Part shown: positions 44,680-54,368 of the stretch, piece by piece | Layout: every line of letters starts with the position of its first letter | Numbering within the stretch: position 1 is the stretch's first letter | IMG/VR virus record: IMGVR_UViG_3300049928_000025 | Location: 1-63,150 of that record | Length of the DNA: 63,150 nt | Direction: 5' to 3' (one strand) | From: a virus | Lineage: Duplodnaviria > Caudoviricetes | The notes under the pieces: generated by a model | Databases searched by the model: none | What the model was told of the DNA's origin: nothing | What the model saw: the letters and a program-made list of their open reading frames with translations, nothing else | Position numbers and translations under genes: made by a program

Positions 44680-47262
44680 TCAGGCCGCGATCAACTGGTC
44701 GACTGCGGCCACGACGGCGTCGGCCATTCGCCCGCCGTAGGTCACATGCCCGCCCGGCTTCGGATGGACCGGGTAGGACGCGACGCCGTTCTCGGACTGG
44801 AAATTCAGGGTCGTGCCGGCGGCGATGTCGCCCCCGTTCGGCGGGAGGTCGAGCTGGTAGGTGCCGGCGCCGCCCGTCGTGCCCGTGAGCTGCTTGTAGA
44901 CCCGCGACAGCAGGAACGTGTTGCCCGCCGCATTGAACAGGAAGTGGCCGGGCTCGATGCCCGAGCCGCTGGTCACGGTCATGACGTTGCCGGCCACGGA
45001 GCCCGTCGCCGTCGGGGCGTTGGTGGCGTAGAAGTTCGGCGACGCGCCGGTGCCGCCGGCCGTCAGGGTCGCCCAGCCCTGGGCCACACCGTCGTGGAGG
45101 TAGAGGCCCGGGTCGTTGGCGGCGGTGATCGCGGCCCGGTAGGTGCTGACCACGGCGCTCGACGGCGGATCCTGGGGGGCCCAGAAGCCGAGGGTGAAGA
45201 TGATGAGCGCTCCAGGGCGCAAGTAGCGCGCCTTCAGGAACAGGTTCGTCATCATCGCCTGCATCTGGGTCTGATCGGATTGCCCGTTGTCGTTGATGGT
45301 CGGGTTGAGCCAGATCACATCCGCGGCCTGCGGGCTGGTCACGTCCCCGATCCCGAGGACGTTCGCGCCGATCCGGTCGAGCCCGAGCGGGAACACGGAG
45401 GTGGCGGGCAGCGTGTAGCGGTGCGCCGGGATGCCCATGTTCCAGACGTTGAGCAGGCCCAGCTGGCGAGCGGCCACGCGCAGCATGTTCTGGGTCTGGT
45501 CGAGGGCGCCGACCCCGTTCATGAAGCTATCGACCATACCCACGGCAACGGGGCTGCTGTCGTTGACCGCCTGCGGGGTCTCCCCGCTCTCGTAGCCGAA
45601 ACCCGGCTGGAACGACGGGTTGTTGAGGATCGAGTAGGAGGAGAACTCGACCTCCCAGATGCGGCCGGCGCCGGGCGCAGCCACGCCCGGATCGATCTTC
45701 AGGTAGCGATTACCCGTCATCGAGAAGAATGGTTCGACGTGCTCCTTCAAGTTCGCCATCTCATCGTCGGAGTACCGGATCTTGACGTGCACTGGCACGC
45801 CCGGGGTCGCCGAGATCGGCAACACCCACGTCTGCTTGAACAGGCGCATCCGCAGGACGCCGTTGTTGGTGGCGGCCGAGAGGGGGACGAACTGCTGGGT
45901 CGCCGACTTGCGCTCGATGAAGTCGTAGACGCTCGCCCCGAACTGCGGCGGCTGAAACCCGCCGACGCTCGCGTAGGCCTGCCCCGCGGGCGCGGAGCGA
46001 CCGTCGAAGTAGGTCGTGCTGTAGGTGTAGCCGGACGGCTTGGTGTTGCCGTTGTCGGTCAGCGTCAGCGTCGTCGGAGTGTAGGTGGGCTTGGCGTTGA
46101 TCCGGGCCTTGAGCCGGTTGGCCGTGGCCTTGAGGTCGGCGAGCACGGCGACAGGCTTCGCGACCACGTTGATGGTCTGGCTCGACACGCTCGTGCCGCC
46201 GCCGTTGCCCGCGCTCAGGGTCTCCGTGAACGTCAGCGTCTTGCTGCCCGTCGTGGCGAACGTCCCATAGACGATCACCGCGCCGCCCTGAGTCTTGGTC
46301 TGCAGCGTTGTCCCGTCGGACGCGGTGACCGCCACCGTCGATCCGGATTTGAAGTCGCCCGCGATCGGTTCGTAGAACAGCACGCCCGCGAACAGGACGA
46401 CGCCGATGAGCCGAAGCGGGTTGTTGTTCGCCGCCGCTGCCGTGGCGCTGACCGCCGCCGATTGCGGACCCTCGCCGAGCGCGTTCCAGGATGAGACCTT
46501 GTACCACTCGGTCGAGCCGTTCGACAGGTAGCGGCGGAAGTCGCGGGCGTTGTAGCACCAGGCGATCCGGGTGTAGGTGCCGGTCTCCGTGGCGCTCGCG
46601 TAGACCCCGTATTTCTGGACGCCGACCGAGGCCGGGTCGTCGGTCATCCGCAGGATCGCCTGCACGTTGCCTCCGACGGCCGACACGCTCGGCGCCCGGG
46701 GCACCTCGGTCGGGACCGGCACCGTCGAGACAGTGATGGACAGGCCAGAGAGCATCGCCGACCCAGTGCTGTCGGCGACCGTAATGCCGATGCCGCTGAA
46801 CGTGCCGCCAGTCGTCGGCGTACCAGTGATCGCTCCGGTCGGGGACGAGAACGACAGTCCTGGGGGCAACGCCCCACTTCGAGAGAACGACTTGGTGCCA
46901 GATCCGCCGGAGACGGTCGGGGTGAAGTTGTAGGCCACGCCCACGCTGGCCGCGCTCGGGGTGCCCGCAATCGAGACAACTGGCGCCACCGCCGTCCCCG
47001 CCGATCCCGTGACCGTGCCGTCATAGGTCATGATTGTGCCCGCAGCCGGCGCGGCCCCAAGCGTCCACGTTGCGAGACCACTGCTGTCTGCCGTAGTTGT
47101 CGCGGCTTGCGTGCCGTTGGCGTACAGGATCGCCGTTGAGCCGGGTTTGAGCCCGGACACAGTGTAGATCTTGCCCGTCGCGTCGGCAGAAGCGGCGCCT
47201 ACGCCGGTGCCACCGGTTCGCCCCCGGGCGAACCGGGATAGGCCGAGAGAGTAGCCGCCCAT
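44680..47262 (-). CDS. Large virion-surface protein: Ig-like (He_PIG-type), FN3 and SGNH hydrolase domains
   Basis: GALPPGLSFS..TGAITGTPT; YKVSSWNALGEG; DSF..N.G..IND..HP..GH. Confidence 0.75.
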   Translation of the reverse strand: MGGYSLGLSRFARGRTGGTGVGAASADATGKIYTVSGLKPGSTAILYANGTQAATTTADSSGLATWTLGAAPAAGTIMTYDGTVTGSAGTAVAPVVSIAGTPSAASVGVAYNFTPTVSGGSGTKSFSRSGALPPGLSFSSPTGAITGTPTTGGTFSGIGITVADSTGSAMLSGLSITVSTVPVPTEVPRAPSVSAVGGNVQAILRMTDDPASVGVQKYGVYASATETGTYTRIAWCYNARDFRRYLSNGSTEWYKVSSWNALGEGPQSAAVSATAAAANNNPLRLIGVVLFAGVLFYEPIAGDFKSGSTVAVTASDGTTLQTKTQGGAVIVYGTFATTGSKTLTFTETLSAGNGGGTSVSSQTINVVAKPVAVLADLKATANRLKARINAKPTYTPTTLTLTDNGNTKPSGYTYSTTYFDGRSAPAGQAYASVGGFQPPQFGASVYDFIERKSATQQFVPLSAATNNGVLRMRLFKQTWVLPISATPGVPVHVKIRYSDDEMANLKEHVEPFFSMTGNRYLKIDPGVAAPGAGRIWEVEFSSYSILNNPSFQPGFGYESGETPQAVNDSSPVAVGMVDSFMNGVGALDQTQNMLRVAARQLGLLNVWNMGIPAHRYTLPATSVFPLGLDRIGANVLGIGDVTSPQAADVIWLNPTINDNGQSDQTQMQAMMTNLFLKARYLRPGALIIFTLGFWAPQDPPSSAVVSTYRAAITAANDPGLYLHDGVAQGWATLTAGGTGASPNFYATNAPTATGSVAGNVMTVTSGSGIEPGHFLFNAAGNTFLLSRVYKQLTGTTGGAGTYQLDLPPNGGDIAAGTTLNFQSENGVASYPVHPKPGGHVTYGGRMADAVVAAVDQLIAA

Positions 47263-47271
47263 GAAAAGCCC

Positions 47272-47607
47272 CTACGCCCCGAGCCAAGCGAGCTTATCGC
47301 CCACCACGCAGGCGATGGGACGGGGATCGGCCCCGCCCCTGATGAGCGTGCGGGCCGCATCGCCGGCCCCGTTCGCCTGGGTCGCATCCGGATTCGTGCC
47401 GACGGCCACGTAGGCGTCGGTCGCCGAGGACACCTCGAAAATCAGGAGTCCATCACCGCGGGAGGGCATGCGGGCGGGGTTCTTGGCCGTGTTGGTCGTC
47501 GCACCGGGTGATCCGATGGTCTCAGACCAAGCGGCACCAGCGACAAGTCCGACACCGCTGATGATCGTCACGTAGCTGCACGTGACATGGACGCCGGTGA
47601 GGGCCAT
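47272..47607 (-). CDS. Small beta-rich structural protein
   Basis: D.YV.VG.NP.A pattern; coupled to 860-aa gene. Confidence 0.65.
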   Translation of the reverse strand: MALTGVHVTCSYVTIISGVGLVAGAAWSETIGSPGATTNTAKNPARMPSRGDGLLIFEVSSATDAYVAVGTNPDATQANGAGDAARTLIRGGADPRPIACVVGDKLAWLGA

Positions 47608-47640
47608 GGGGTGTCCTCGGGTTGGGGTGGGCGGCTGCCG

Positions 47641-48327
47641 CTACTGGCAGACGGCGTCGATGAGCACGGTCACGCCCACGCTCGCCTTCCTCGACGTGAG
47701 GCCGAGGGCGAGCAGGGTGATGGGCTGGATCACGGCGCCCGTGATCGTGGTCGAGGTGCGGGCTGTGGCGAAGGCCTGCACCGCGTCGGCCGCTGCCTGA
47801 GTGGCGCCGATGGCCTGGGCCTGGACGCTGATTGGCGCCGCCGCGCAGCCCGCGGAGGCGATAGAGACGGACCAGTTGCCGTTCGCGTCGGTGGTGGTGG
47901 AGCCGACCCACACCCTGGCGCCGGAGAGGAGCCCGGCGGCGCCGTAGACGGGGGCGGAGGTGCCAGCCGGGCCCTGAGGTCCCGCAGTTCCCTGCGCGCC
48001 GGCGGCGCCCGCAGGACCGGCTGGGCCGGCCACGCCCTGCTGCCCCGCGGCGCCGGGCGCTCCATCCTTCCCCGGTGCGCCGGTGTCACCTTTCAGCCCC
48101 TGGGCGCCATCCTTGCCAGCGATGCCCGGTTGCCCTTGTGGCCCCGCATCCCCCCTCGGTCCTGCATCACCCTTCGGCCCAGGCGATCCGGCGGGGCCCG
48201 GCGCGCCGTCCGGCCCCTGCTCGCCACGAGGCCCGGGCGGGCCCGGCGGCCCAATCCCGGGTGCGCCCTCCTGCGCGAGCGCGCCGCCGGCCAACAGGCA
48301 AAACGCGAGAGCGATGGCGGCGCGCAT
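47641..48327 (-). CDS. Collagen-repeat protein with signal peptide
   Basis: [18 protein letters not shown] then a long Gly-X-Y run and a beta-rich C-terminal domain. Confidence 0.85.
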   Translation of the reverse strand: MRAAIALAFCLLAGGALAQEGAPGIGPPGPPGPRGEQGPDGAPGPAGSPGPKGDAGPRGDAGPQGQPGIAGKDGAQGLKGDTGAPGKDGAPGAAGQQGVAGPAGPAGAAGAQGTAGPQGPAGTSAPVYGAAGLLSGARVWVGSTTTDANGNWSVSIASAGCAAAPISVQAQAIGATQAAADAVQAFATARTSTTITGAVIQPITLLALGLTSRKASVGVTVLIDAVCQ

Positions 48328-48803
48328 CAATTCCCCCGCCCGTAGAGCATCCGGAAGGCGCACCAGGCCGGAGGCGCGGCGAGGGCCCGGGTCGAGACGT
48401 ACCGGACCGTGCCGCCAGCCGGGTTCGGCGAGGAACCGAAGTTGCGGGCCGTCCGGGCGAAGAAGAAGGTTCCCGTGAAACGGTTCACCACCGGGGATGG
48501 GGAGGTGACCAGCCGCACGTTCGGGATGGTCTCGCCGTCGACCACGATGGGCTGCGTCGTCACAGGCGGCGCGGGCACCACCGACGTGACCACGATGTCG
48601 GCCGCGCATTCGTTGGCGCCGCGGTAGCTCATCGTGCCGGCCGGCTGCTCGATGGCGTAGGTCTGCGGCTGAGCCGTCACGGGGAGGGCGAAGGACACCC
48701 CGTCCCGGGTGAACGGCATCGGCTGCGGGGTCGGATCGCTCGACTGGGCAAGCGCGACGGCGGCCGACAGGGTGAGCGCGAGGATGAGAGCGAGCCGGTG
48801 CAT
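48327..48803 (-). CDS. Exported protein
   Basis: [19 protein letters not shown] signal peptide. Confidence 0.7.
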   Translation of the reverse strand: MHRLALILALTLSAAVALAQSSDPTPQPMPFTRDGVSFALPVTAQPQTYAIEQPAGTMSYRGANECAADIVVTSVVPAPPVTTQPIVVDGETIPNVRLVTSPSPVVNRFTGTFFFARTARNFGSSPNPAGGTVRYVSTRALAAPPAWCAFRMLYGRGN

Positions 48804-48811
48804 GGCGGGCC

Positions 48812-49312
48812 TCACTGCACCACCGCCCCGATCAGCGCGGGCGCGCCGGCGGTGTAGGTCGAGCACGAGGTGGTGAAGAGGAGGACGATGCCGACCGTGT
48901 AGCGGTCCGGGATGTCCTGGCGGGTCCGGTATGTGCCGTTGGCCGGCACCGCCGAGCATTCGAGCGGGGCGATGGCGGCGCCTGCGGCAGGGACGGTGGT
49001 GGCGTTCAGCAGCGCGACGAATGCGGCCGAGCCGCCGGCCGTGGCGTGGTAGCCGTAGAGGTTTCCGGGGCTGGCCTTTGCCACCAGGGAAGGGGCAGTG
49101 GAGGCGACCGGCGCGATGCCGCCCGTAACGCTCGGCGCGAGCATGGCCGGCAGCGGGTTGGCAGGCGAGACCGCCGCGTCGCCGACCTCGACCACCACGC
49201 CTTGCGAGTCGGTCGGCGCGCCGGCGTTCTTGTACTGCCGAGCCGCGGCCGTCCCCGCGAGGACCGCGAGCATGCCGATGGCCGGCACGACTATGAGGGA
49301 CGCGCGTCTCAT
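48812..49312 (-). CDS. Exported protein
   Basis: [24 protein letters not shown] signal; VSPANPLP motif. Confidence 0.7.
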   Translation of the reverse strand: MRRASLIVVPAIGMLAVLAGTAAARQYKNAGAPTDSQGVVVEVGDAAVSPANPLPAMLAPSVTGGIAPVASTAPSLVAKASPGNLYGYHATAGGSAAFVALLNATTVPAAGAAIAPLECSAVPANGTYRTRQDIPDRYTVGIVLLFTTSCSTYTAGAPALIGAVVQ

Positions 49313-49361
49313 CGTCCGTCCTGTCGTTGGTGGGTGGGGCCCCTCCGGATCGGGAGAGGGG

Positions 49362-49610
49362 TCAGGCCGCGTCCTCCGGCAGCCGTGCCCGCGCCGGCTG
49401 GAACACGGCCCGATTGATGGCCATGAAGCCCTGCTCGATCGCGGTCCGGCCGATCGACAGCCAGCGCTCGTCCACGCCGGCGCCGCGCAGCTTGTCGAGG
49501 TGGCGCAGGACGCGCTCCTCCATCGCCTTGTGCTCGTTCACGAGCGCGACGTTGGCCTCGTTCTGCGGCCGGTAGCCGGCCACGGGCAGGCCGTTGTGCT
49601 GGTCGGACAT
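49362..49610 (-). CDS. Acb2-like cyclic-oligonucleotide sponge
   Basis: GYR.....VALVN..K..EE...RWLSIGRT.IEQGFMA.NRAVFQP parallels Acb2. Confidence 0.8.
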   Translation of the reverse strand: MSDQHNGLPVAGYRPQNEANVALVNEHKAMEERVLRHLDKLRGAGVDERWLSIGRTAIEQGFMAINRAVFQPARARLPEDAA

Positions 49611-49612
49611 GG

Positions 49613-49849
49613 TCACCTCACGTCGTGCTGGCCGAAAGGGTATGTGGCGCCCCTGTGAAGCGGGATGTCCTTGTCCTTGAGCGCCTTCAGAGCGCGCTCG
49701 CGGTCGTAAGCGAGCATCGCGTCCTGGACGTGCGGGAGCGACTGGTTGAAGGCGCCGTCCGCGATGCCGAAGCGGTACTTGCTCTGCGCCGTCCAGATGA
49801 GGGCACCGTTGGTGAGTAGCAGCAGGGCGAGCCACAACCAATCGCTCAT
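49613..49849 (-). CDS. Small membrane-anchored protein
   Basis: N-terminal TM; GAGGAG RBS. Confidence 0.6.
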   Translation of the reverse strand: MSDWLWLALLLLTNGALIWTAQSKYRFGIADGAFNQSLPHVQDAMLAYDRERALKALKDKDIPLHRGATYPFGQHDVR

Positions 49850-49855
49850 CGCGGG

Positions 49856-49999
49856 CTACTCCTCGTCGCCTTCGTCGTCCTCGGGCGGCGTAATCGTCAT
49901 GCCCGAGCCGTCATCGACGTAGCGGCCCGGGCGGATCTCGTCGCCGTCTTCATCTTTGACGACTTCGTTCGGGTCGTTGATCGGCTTCTTCGGGTCCAT
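49856..49999 (-). CDS. 47-aa highly acidic protein coupled to portal-ART stop
   Basis: MDPKKPINDPNEVVKDEDGDEIRPGRYVDDGSGMTITPPEDDEGDEE; TGATG overlap. Confidence 0.65.
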   Translation of the reverse strand: MDPKKPINDPNEVVKDEDGDEIRPGRYVDDGSGMTITPPEDDEGDEE

Positions 50000-52899
50000 C
50001 ACAGCACCTCGACGGTCATGACATTGCCGACGAGGCTTTTAACACGAAACCGCGACCCTCGGGGCAACAGAACCTCATGCTCCTTGGGGTAATGCGATGC
50101 GCCGCGGCCATTCATGACGTAGGCCGAATTGCCCTTGGGGAGCAGCATCTTGAGCACCACGCCTTCAGGGGTGGCAAACTTCTTGCTCGTGTCACCCTTC
50201 AGCGAAGTGCTGACGTAGCCGGGATCATCGATGGTGGACCCAACCTTCGCCGCCAGGATCTCTTTCGAGAACGGAGGCTTGATGCCCCGGTAGACGACGG
50301 TGTCCTCGGGAATGCGTGAGCGCGCGAGGACGTTGTCGATGTTGCTGATGTTCTGCCGCATCAGCGCCGTGGCGGGGTTCTTGCCGCGAAGGTGTCCGTT
50401 GATGCTGGAGTAGCCGGCGCCAGAGTAGACGCCTATGGACGTTTTTTCAGCCGTAGTTTCCGGCTTGGTGAGCATCGTCTTGTAAAGATCGCGCTCGACC
50501 TCGACCGTCGTGCGATGATCCGTGTCTGAGAAGTCGGAGAAGTTGTCTGCGTTGTACTTCTCGGATGCCGAGCCACCGGCGACCTTGAACCCGATGACGC
50601 CCTTCTGGTGATCCGCGGCCAGCTTCCGGAGCGCGTAGGCCTTGCCCTTGGGGTGGTTGTCGACGAAATCGCGGACCGTCTTAGCGCCAGCATAGGCCTT
50701 CACGCGCTTCGACAGGACGGCGATCTCGTCGTCATGGCTCACGCCAGCGGTCTTGAGCGCGGCGGCGCCCTTGGTCAGCTTCTCCTCACCCGCGGCGGAC
50801 TTGACCTTCGCCGCCGGCTTCGCGCTCCCTTTGGCGGCGGCCTTGCCCTTCGACGCCCATTTCCCGTCCGGTCCGCGGGGGTGCAGCAACTCGTTGAAGG
50901 CCGCCACGACGCCGCTCATTCGGCCGCCGGATGCCTTGTCGGACAGGCGGATGCCTTCCAGCATCTCAGTCCCGAAAAGCGCGCGGAGGTCGTCAGGCGT
51001 GACAGCTGCGATCTCGGCCTCAGTCGCCTCTTCCGGGTCCAGGGCGGCATCGCCCGTCAGCCCCGCCCGCCAGTCCTCATTGACCTGCTCGAAGATCTCC
51101 GGCCCGAACACGAGTGGACCGTTGTAGGCCGCCAGGGTGTCGACATCGACCTGGGGCGCATCCCAAGACAGCGTGACGTGCGGCTGGTACTCGGGATGAT
51201 CCCACGAGGCGCCGGACTCGCCGATCTCGCGATGCCGGTACTGCAGCGCGCCCGAGGCGAACGAGAGCACGAGCGCGTCACCGAAACGCTCCAGCAGCCT
51301 CGGGCCGCCGGCGTCGACCTTGAGCTCTGACCCCTGCCAGCTGTCGCCGACCTTCATCCAGTCGACGGGCTGCCGGCTGTAGGCGATCGTGACGTGCAGG
51401 GCCTCGGCCGGCATCAAGTTGGGGATGCCGGCGTCCCTGGCCCAGGCAAGCACGTCAGCGGCGTTCGTGAGCCTGCGGCTGACATAGAGCGTGCGCGGTG
51501 CGGCGTCGCTCACGGCCGCCCTGGAGCGGAAGGGAACGACGTTTGTGCCGGTGAAGCCCTCGGCCGGGTTGCCATCGGCGTCGAACTGGTCGGCGGCCGG
51601 GTCTGCCTCGGTCAGCGGCGCGTCACCATGCTCGTCATAGGCGGCGTCGATGCCGGGCAGGAGCCCGCTGTCGACGACGGCGCCCCGCACACCCCGCGCC
51701 AGGATCTCGAGCGGCGCCACCTTGGCCTCGGCCAGCGTCTTCACCGCTCCGGCGATGACGTTGAGCGCGTCCGCGTTTTCCTTGTGGCTCGTCTGGTAGA
51801 GCGGGTTCCAGCGATACCAGATCTCGGCCGGGCGGTCGCCGAGGGCATGCCGGATCAGCAGCTCGTCGAGGCGCGAGATGCGCGGCGTGAGGTCGACGTT
51901 CTGCTCCGCCGAGATGCGATCGTAGTACTGCCGGAAATCGCTATCGCCGGTGGCGTTCTGGCCGTCCGGGCTCTTGCCGAGCAACCGGGTCGCCGGGATA
52001 TCGGCGGCGCCGGCGGCGATCGACAGGTAGAGCCGGACCACGTCGGGCAGGCCGGCGAACGAGATCTGCTTCTGCTCGAACACCTCCCCGTCGGGGCTCT
52101 TGCCGTCGCCCTCGAGCAGCAGCATGCCGAACATGCTCTTCATCCGGGCCGCGTAGGCGAACCGGTCGGTGAGCGCCTTGGTGCCGGCCGCAGTGCTGAG
52201 ATGCTGCGACAGGCCTGGGACGCTGATCACGTCCTGCTTGGCCTCGGGCAGCATGGCGTTGACGTAGGCCGCCGAGGACGAGGCCTGGTCGACCGCGTCC
52301 ATCACCGCCTGAAGCACGCTGTCCCCCCAGCCGTCACCATCCAGGACCTCGTCGAGGATCGGGGCGCCCACGAGCCGGATCACCCGCGAGGGGTGGATGG
52401 TCTGCGCGCCGCGCGCCGAGCTCGTGATGGTGTACCCGGAGGGCTCGCCGAACCACTCGCTCGCTGGGTCGCGCTCGCGCTGGCCGGGGGTGATCTCCCG
52501 CCGCGACATCACGGCGATGTAGCGGATCCCGCCCTGCGGCATGCGCTCGGCGACGAGGGGCTGGGCTGGATCTGGCGAACCATCGCCAATCACCAAGGCG
52601 GCACCGCCATCGCGCCGGGCGAGCTTCAGCCCGTCGAGGAGCTTGCCGCGCAGGCGCAGGGCTTTCTCGGCCGCCTCGATCGCCTGGACCTCATCGTCTT
52701 TCGCCTGCCAAGCGCGCCACTCGCGCAGCATGTCGAAGGCAGGGACGTCCACGATCTTCCGCGCGATCCAATCTGTCCGGTAAGCGGCCTGGATCTGCGC
52801 CAGATCACGAAGCGCGAGGACGTGCAGGTTGCCGGTGGTCTTGTCCTTGGTGGTGCCGAGGCCGGAGACCAGATTGGCGAGGGTGTCGGCGAGCCACAT
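49999..52899 (-). CDS. Portal (DUF1073-type) fused to 2H phosphoesterase (Acb1-like) and VIP2-like ADP-ribosyltransferase
   Basis: Follows TerL; IPATRLLGKSP.G.NATG; HVTIAYS and YQPHVTL; YRG, YVSTS, EHEVLLPRG. Confidence 0.88.
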   Translation of the reverse strand: MWLADTLANLVSGLGTTKDKTTGNLHVLALRDLAQIQAAYRTDWIARKIVDVPAFDMLREWRAWQAKDDEVQAIEAAEKALRLRGKLLDGLKLARRDGGAALVIGDGSPDPAQPLVAERMPQGGIRYIAVMSRREITPGQRERDPASEWFGEPSGYTITSSARGAQTIHPSRVIRLVGAPILDEVLDGDGWGDSVLQAVMDAVDQASSSAAYVNAMLPEAKQDVISVPGLSQHLSTAAGTKALTDRFAYAARMKSMFGMLLLEGDGKSPDGEVFEQKQISFAGLPDVVRLYLSIAAGAADIPATRLLGKSPDGQNATGDSDFRQYYDRISAEQNVDLTPRISRLDELLIRHALGDRPAEIWYRWNPLYQTSHKENADALNVIAGAVKTLAEAKVAPLEILARGVRGAVVDSGLLPGIDAAYDEHGDAPLTEADPAADQFDADGNPAEGFTGTNVVPFRSRAAVSDAAPRTLYVSRRLTNAADVLAWARDAGIPNLMPAEALHVTIAYSRQPVDWMKVGDSWQGSELKVDAGGPRLLERFGDALVLSFASGALQYRHREIGESGASWDHPEYQPHVTLSWDAPQVDVDTLAAYNGPLVFGPEIFEQVNEDWRAGLTGDAALDPEEATEAEIAAVTPDDLRALFGTEMLEGIRLSDKASGGRMSGVVAAFNELLHPRGPDGKWASKGKAAAKGSAKPAAKVKSAAGEEKLTKGAAALKTAGVSHDDEIAVLSKRVKAYAGAKTVRDFVDNHPKGKAYALRKLAADHQKGVIGFKVAGGSASEKYNADNFSDFSDTDHRTTVEVERDLYKTMLTKPETTAEKTSIGVYSGAGYSSINGHLRGKNPATALMRQNISNIDNVLARSRIPEDTVVYRGIKPPFSKEILAAKVGSTIDDPGYVSTSLKGDTSKKFATPEGVVLKMLLPKGNSAYVMNGRGASHYPKEHEVLLPRGSRFRVKSLVGNVMTVEVL

Positions 52900-54368
52900 C
52901 AGGAGATGACACCCATCATGCCGTATCCGGGTTTGGCGACCTCACCGAACGCGCGGGACAGCGCATCGACCTGATCCTTGAAGGCGCCGTTCGGGAACGA
53001 CGACACCTCATCGAGGAAGGCATCGTTCCAGTCGCCCTGCACGAGCACGATGTTGCCGGCTTCTGCCTGAGCCGATACCGGTTCGGCGCGCTGGACCTTA
53101 TCGCCGCTCTCCGGCGTGGCGCGGGCCACGAACCCGTCGAGTGCCCGGATGAGGTACTGAGCCTGCATCTTTCCGGCTTGCCCAGGGTCTTGAGGCATGG
53201 AAACACGGCAGCCCTTGCCGTCCTGCTCCGCCGTGTTGACGATCATCCTTTCGACGCCGCCGGCCGAGAGCCGGTCGCGGCGGACATCGCCCACGTAGAG
53301 TCTGCCATCCGGCGCGCGTCCAAGCTTCACCCCGGCCGTGTAGGCGGGTTGCGATCCGCCCTTCGCTTCCGTCGCGGCCAAGTCCCAAGCCCGCACCCAT
53401 GTGCAGCCTGCCGGCGCGGCTCGAACGATCGGGAACCAGGACCGCTTGAACAGCCCGCCTTCTCGAGGCGCCGGCCGCTGCTGGAACTGCCCCGCCACCG
53501 CGTAGGAGCCGAGCGGGACCTTGTCGCGCTCCACCACCTCGCGGGGGAAGCGGGCGGGGAACAGCAGCTCGCCGTCCTCTGTCCGCGGATCGCGGAACCC
53601 GATGCTCGTCACGCACCGGCGGTCCGGCTCGAACTCCATCGGCAGCATCAGGTGCTCGTAGCCGAGGTTCTTCGCCAGGATCACGCCCGAAACGTCGCGC
53701 TCGTGCAGGCGCTGCATCACCACCACGATCGCGGAGTCCCGCGGGCTGTTCAGGCGGGTGGGAACCGACTCCAGGAACGTCGTCGTGACGCCGTTGCGTT
53801 CCGCCTCGCTCTCGGCGCTGTCGACCGAGTGCGGGTCGTCGATGATGACCCGGTCGCCGCGCGAGCCGGTCAGGCTCTTGAACGCCATCGCGTCTCTGAA
53901 CCCCGTCCTCGTATTCTCGAACTTGGTCTTGGCATTCTGGTCACCGGTGAGGGTGATCCGGTCGCCCCAGAGGGCCTGATACCAGTCGCTCTGGATCAGT
54001 CGCCTCGCCTTAAGGTTGTCGCGCACCGCGAGCGGGATGCTGTGCGAGGTCGCCACCACGCGGGTCGAGGGGCGGTTCCTCGGCCCCCATTCCCAGGCCG
54101 GCCAGAACACGCCGACGCACAGGCTCTTCATCGTGCCGGGCGGGACGTTGATCAGCAGGCGCGTAATCTGGCCGCTGGTGATAGCCTCCAGATGCTCGGC
54201 GATGGCGTCGATGTGCCAACCATGGACGTAGGGCGCTGCGGGCTCGATTACCGACCACGCGCGGCGGATGAAGCCCGCTAGGCTCTCCTCGCTGTCGAGA
54301 CGGTCAAGCTCGCGAAGGCCCGCGATTGGGTCCTTCAGCGCGACGCTCAAGGATTGCTCGAAGTGCAT
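52899..54368 (-). CDS. terL: Terminase large subunit
   Basis: PPGTMKS Walker A variant, IIDDP, MQRLH, WDLA, DQVDA. Confidence 0.95.
   Translation of the reverse strand: MHFEQSLSVALKDPIAGLRELDRLDSEESLAGFIRRAWSVIEPAAPYVHGWHIDAIAEHLEAITSGQITRLLINVPPGTMKSLCVGVFWPAWEWGPRNRPSTRVVATSHSIPLAVRDNLKARRLIQSDWYQALWGDRITLTGDQNAKTKFENTRTGFRDAMAFKSLTGSRGDRVIIDDPHSVDSAESEAERNGVTTTFLESVPTRLNSPRDSAIVVVMQRLHERDVSGVILAKNLGYEHLMLPMEFEPDRRCVTSIGFRDPRTEDGELLFPARFPREVVERDKVPLGSYAVAGQFQQRPAPREGGLFKRSWFPIVRAAPAGCTWVRAWDLAATEAKGGSQPAYTAGVKLGRAPDGRLYVGDVRRDRLSAGGVERMIVNTAEQDGKGCRVSMPQDPGQAGKMQAQYLIRALDGFVARATPESGDKVQRAEPVSAQAEAGNIVLVQGDWNDAFLDEVSSFPNGAFKDQVDALSRAFGEVAKPGYGMMGVIS

Noticed and set aside
41347-46494. Long + strand ORFs of 670 and 675 aa (and similar ones at 20922, 29435, 51394)
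   Set aside because: Antisense shadows of recognisable - strand genes in high-GC DNA
47970-48260. Mobile or regulatory DNA repeat
   Set aside because: Periodicity is explained by collagen Gly-X-Y codons
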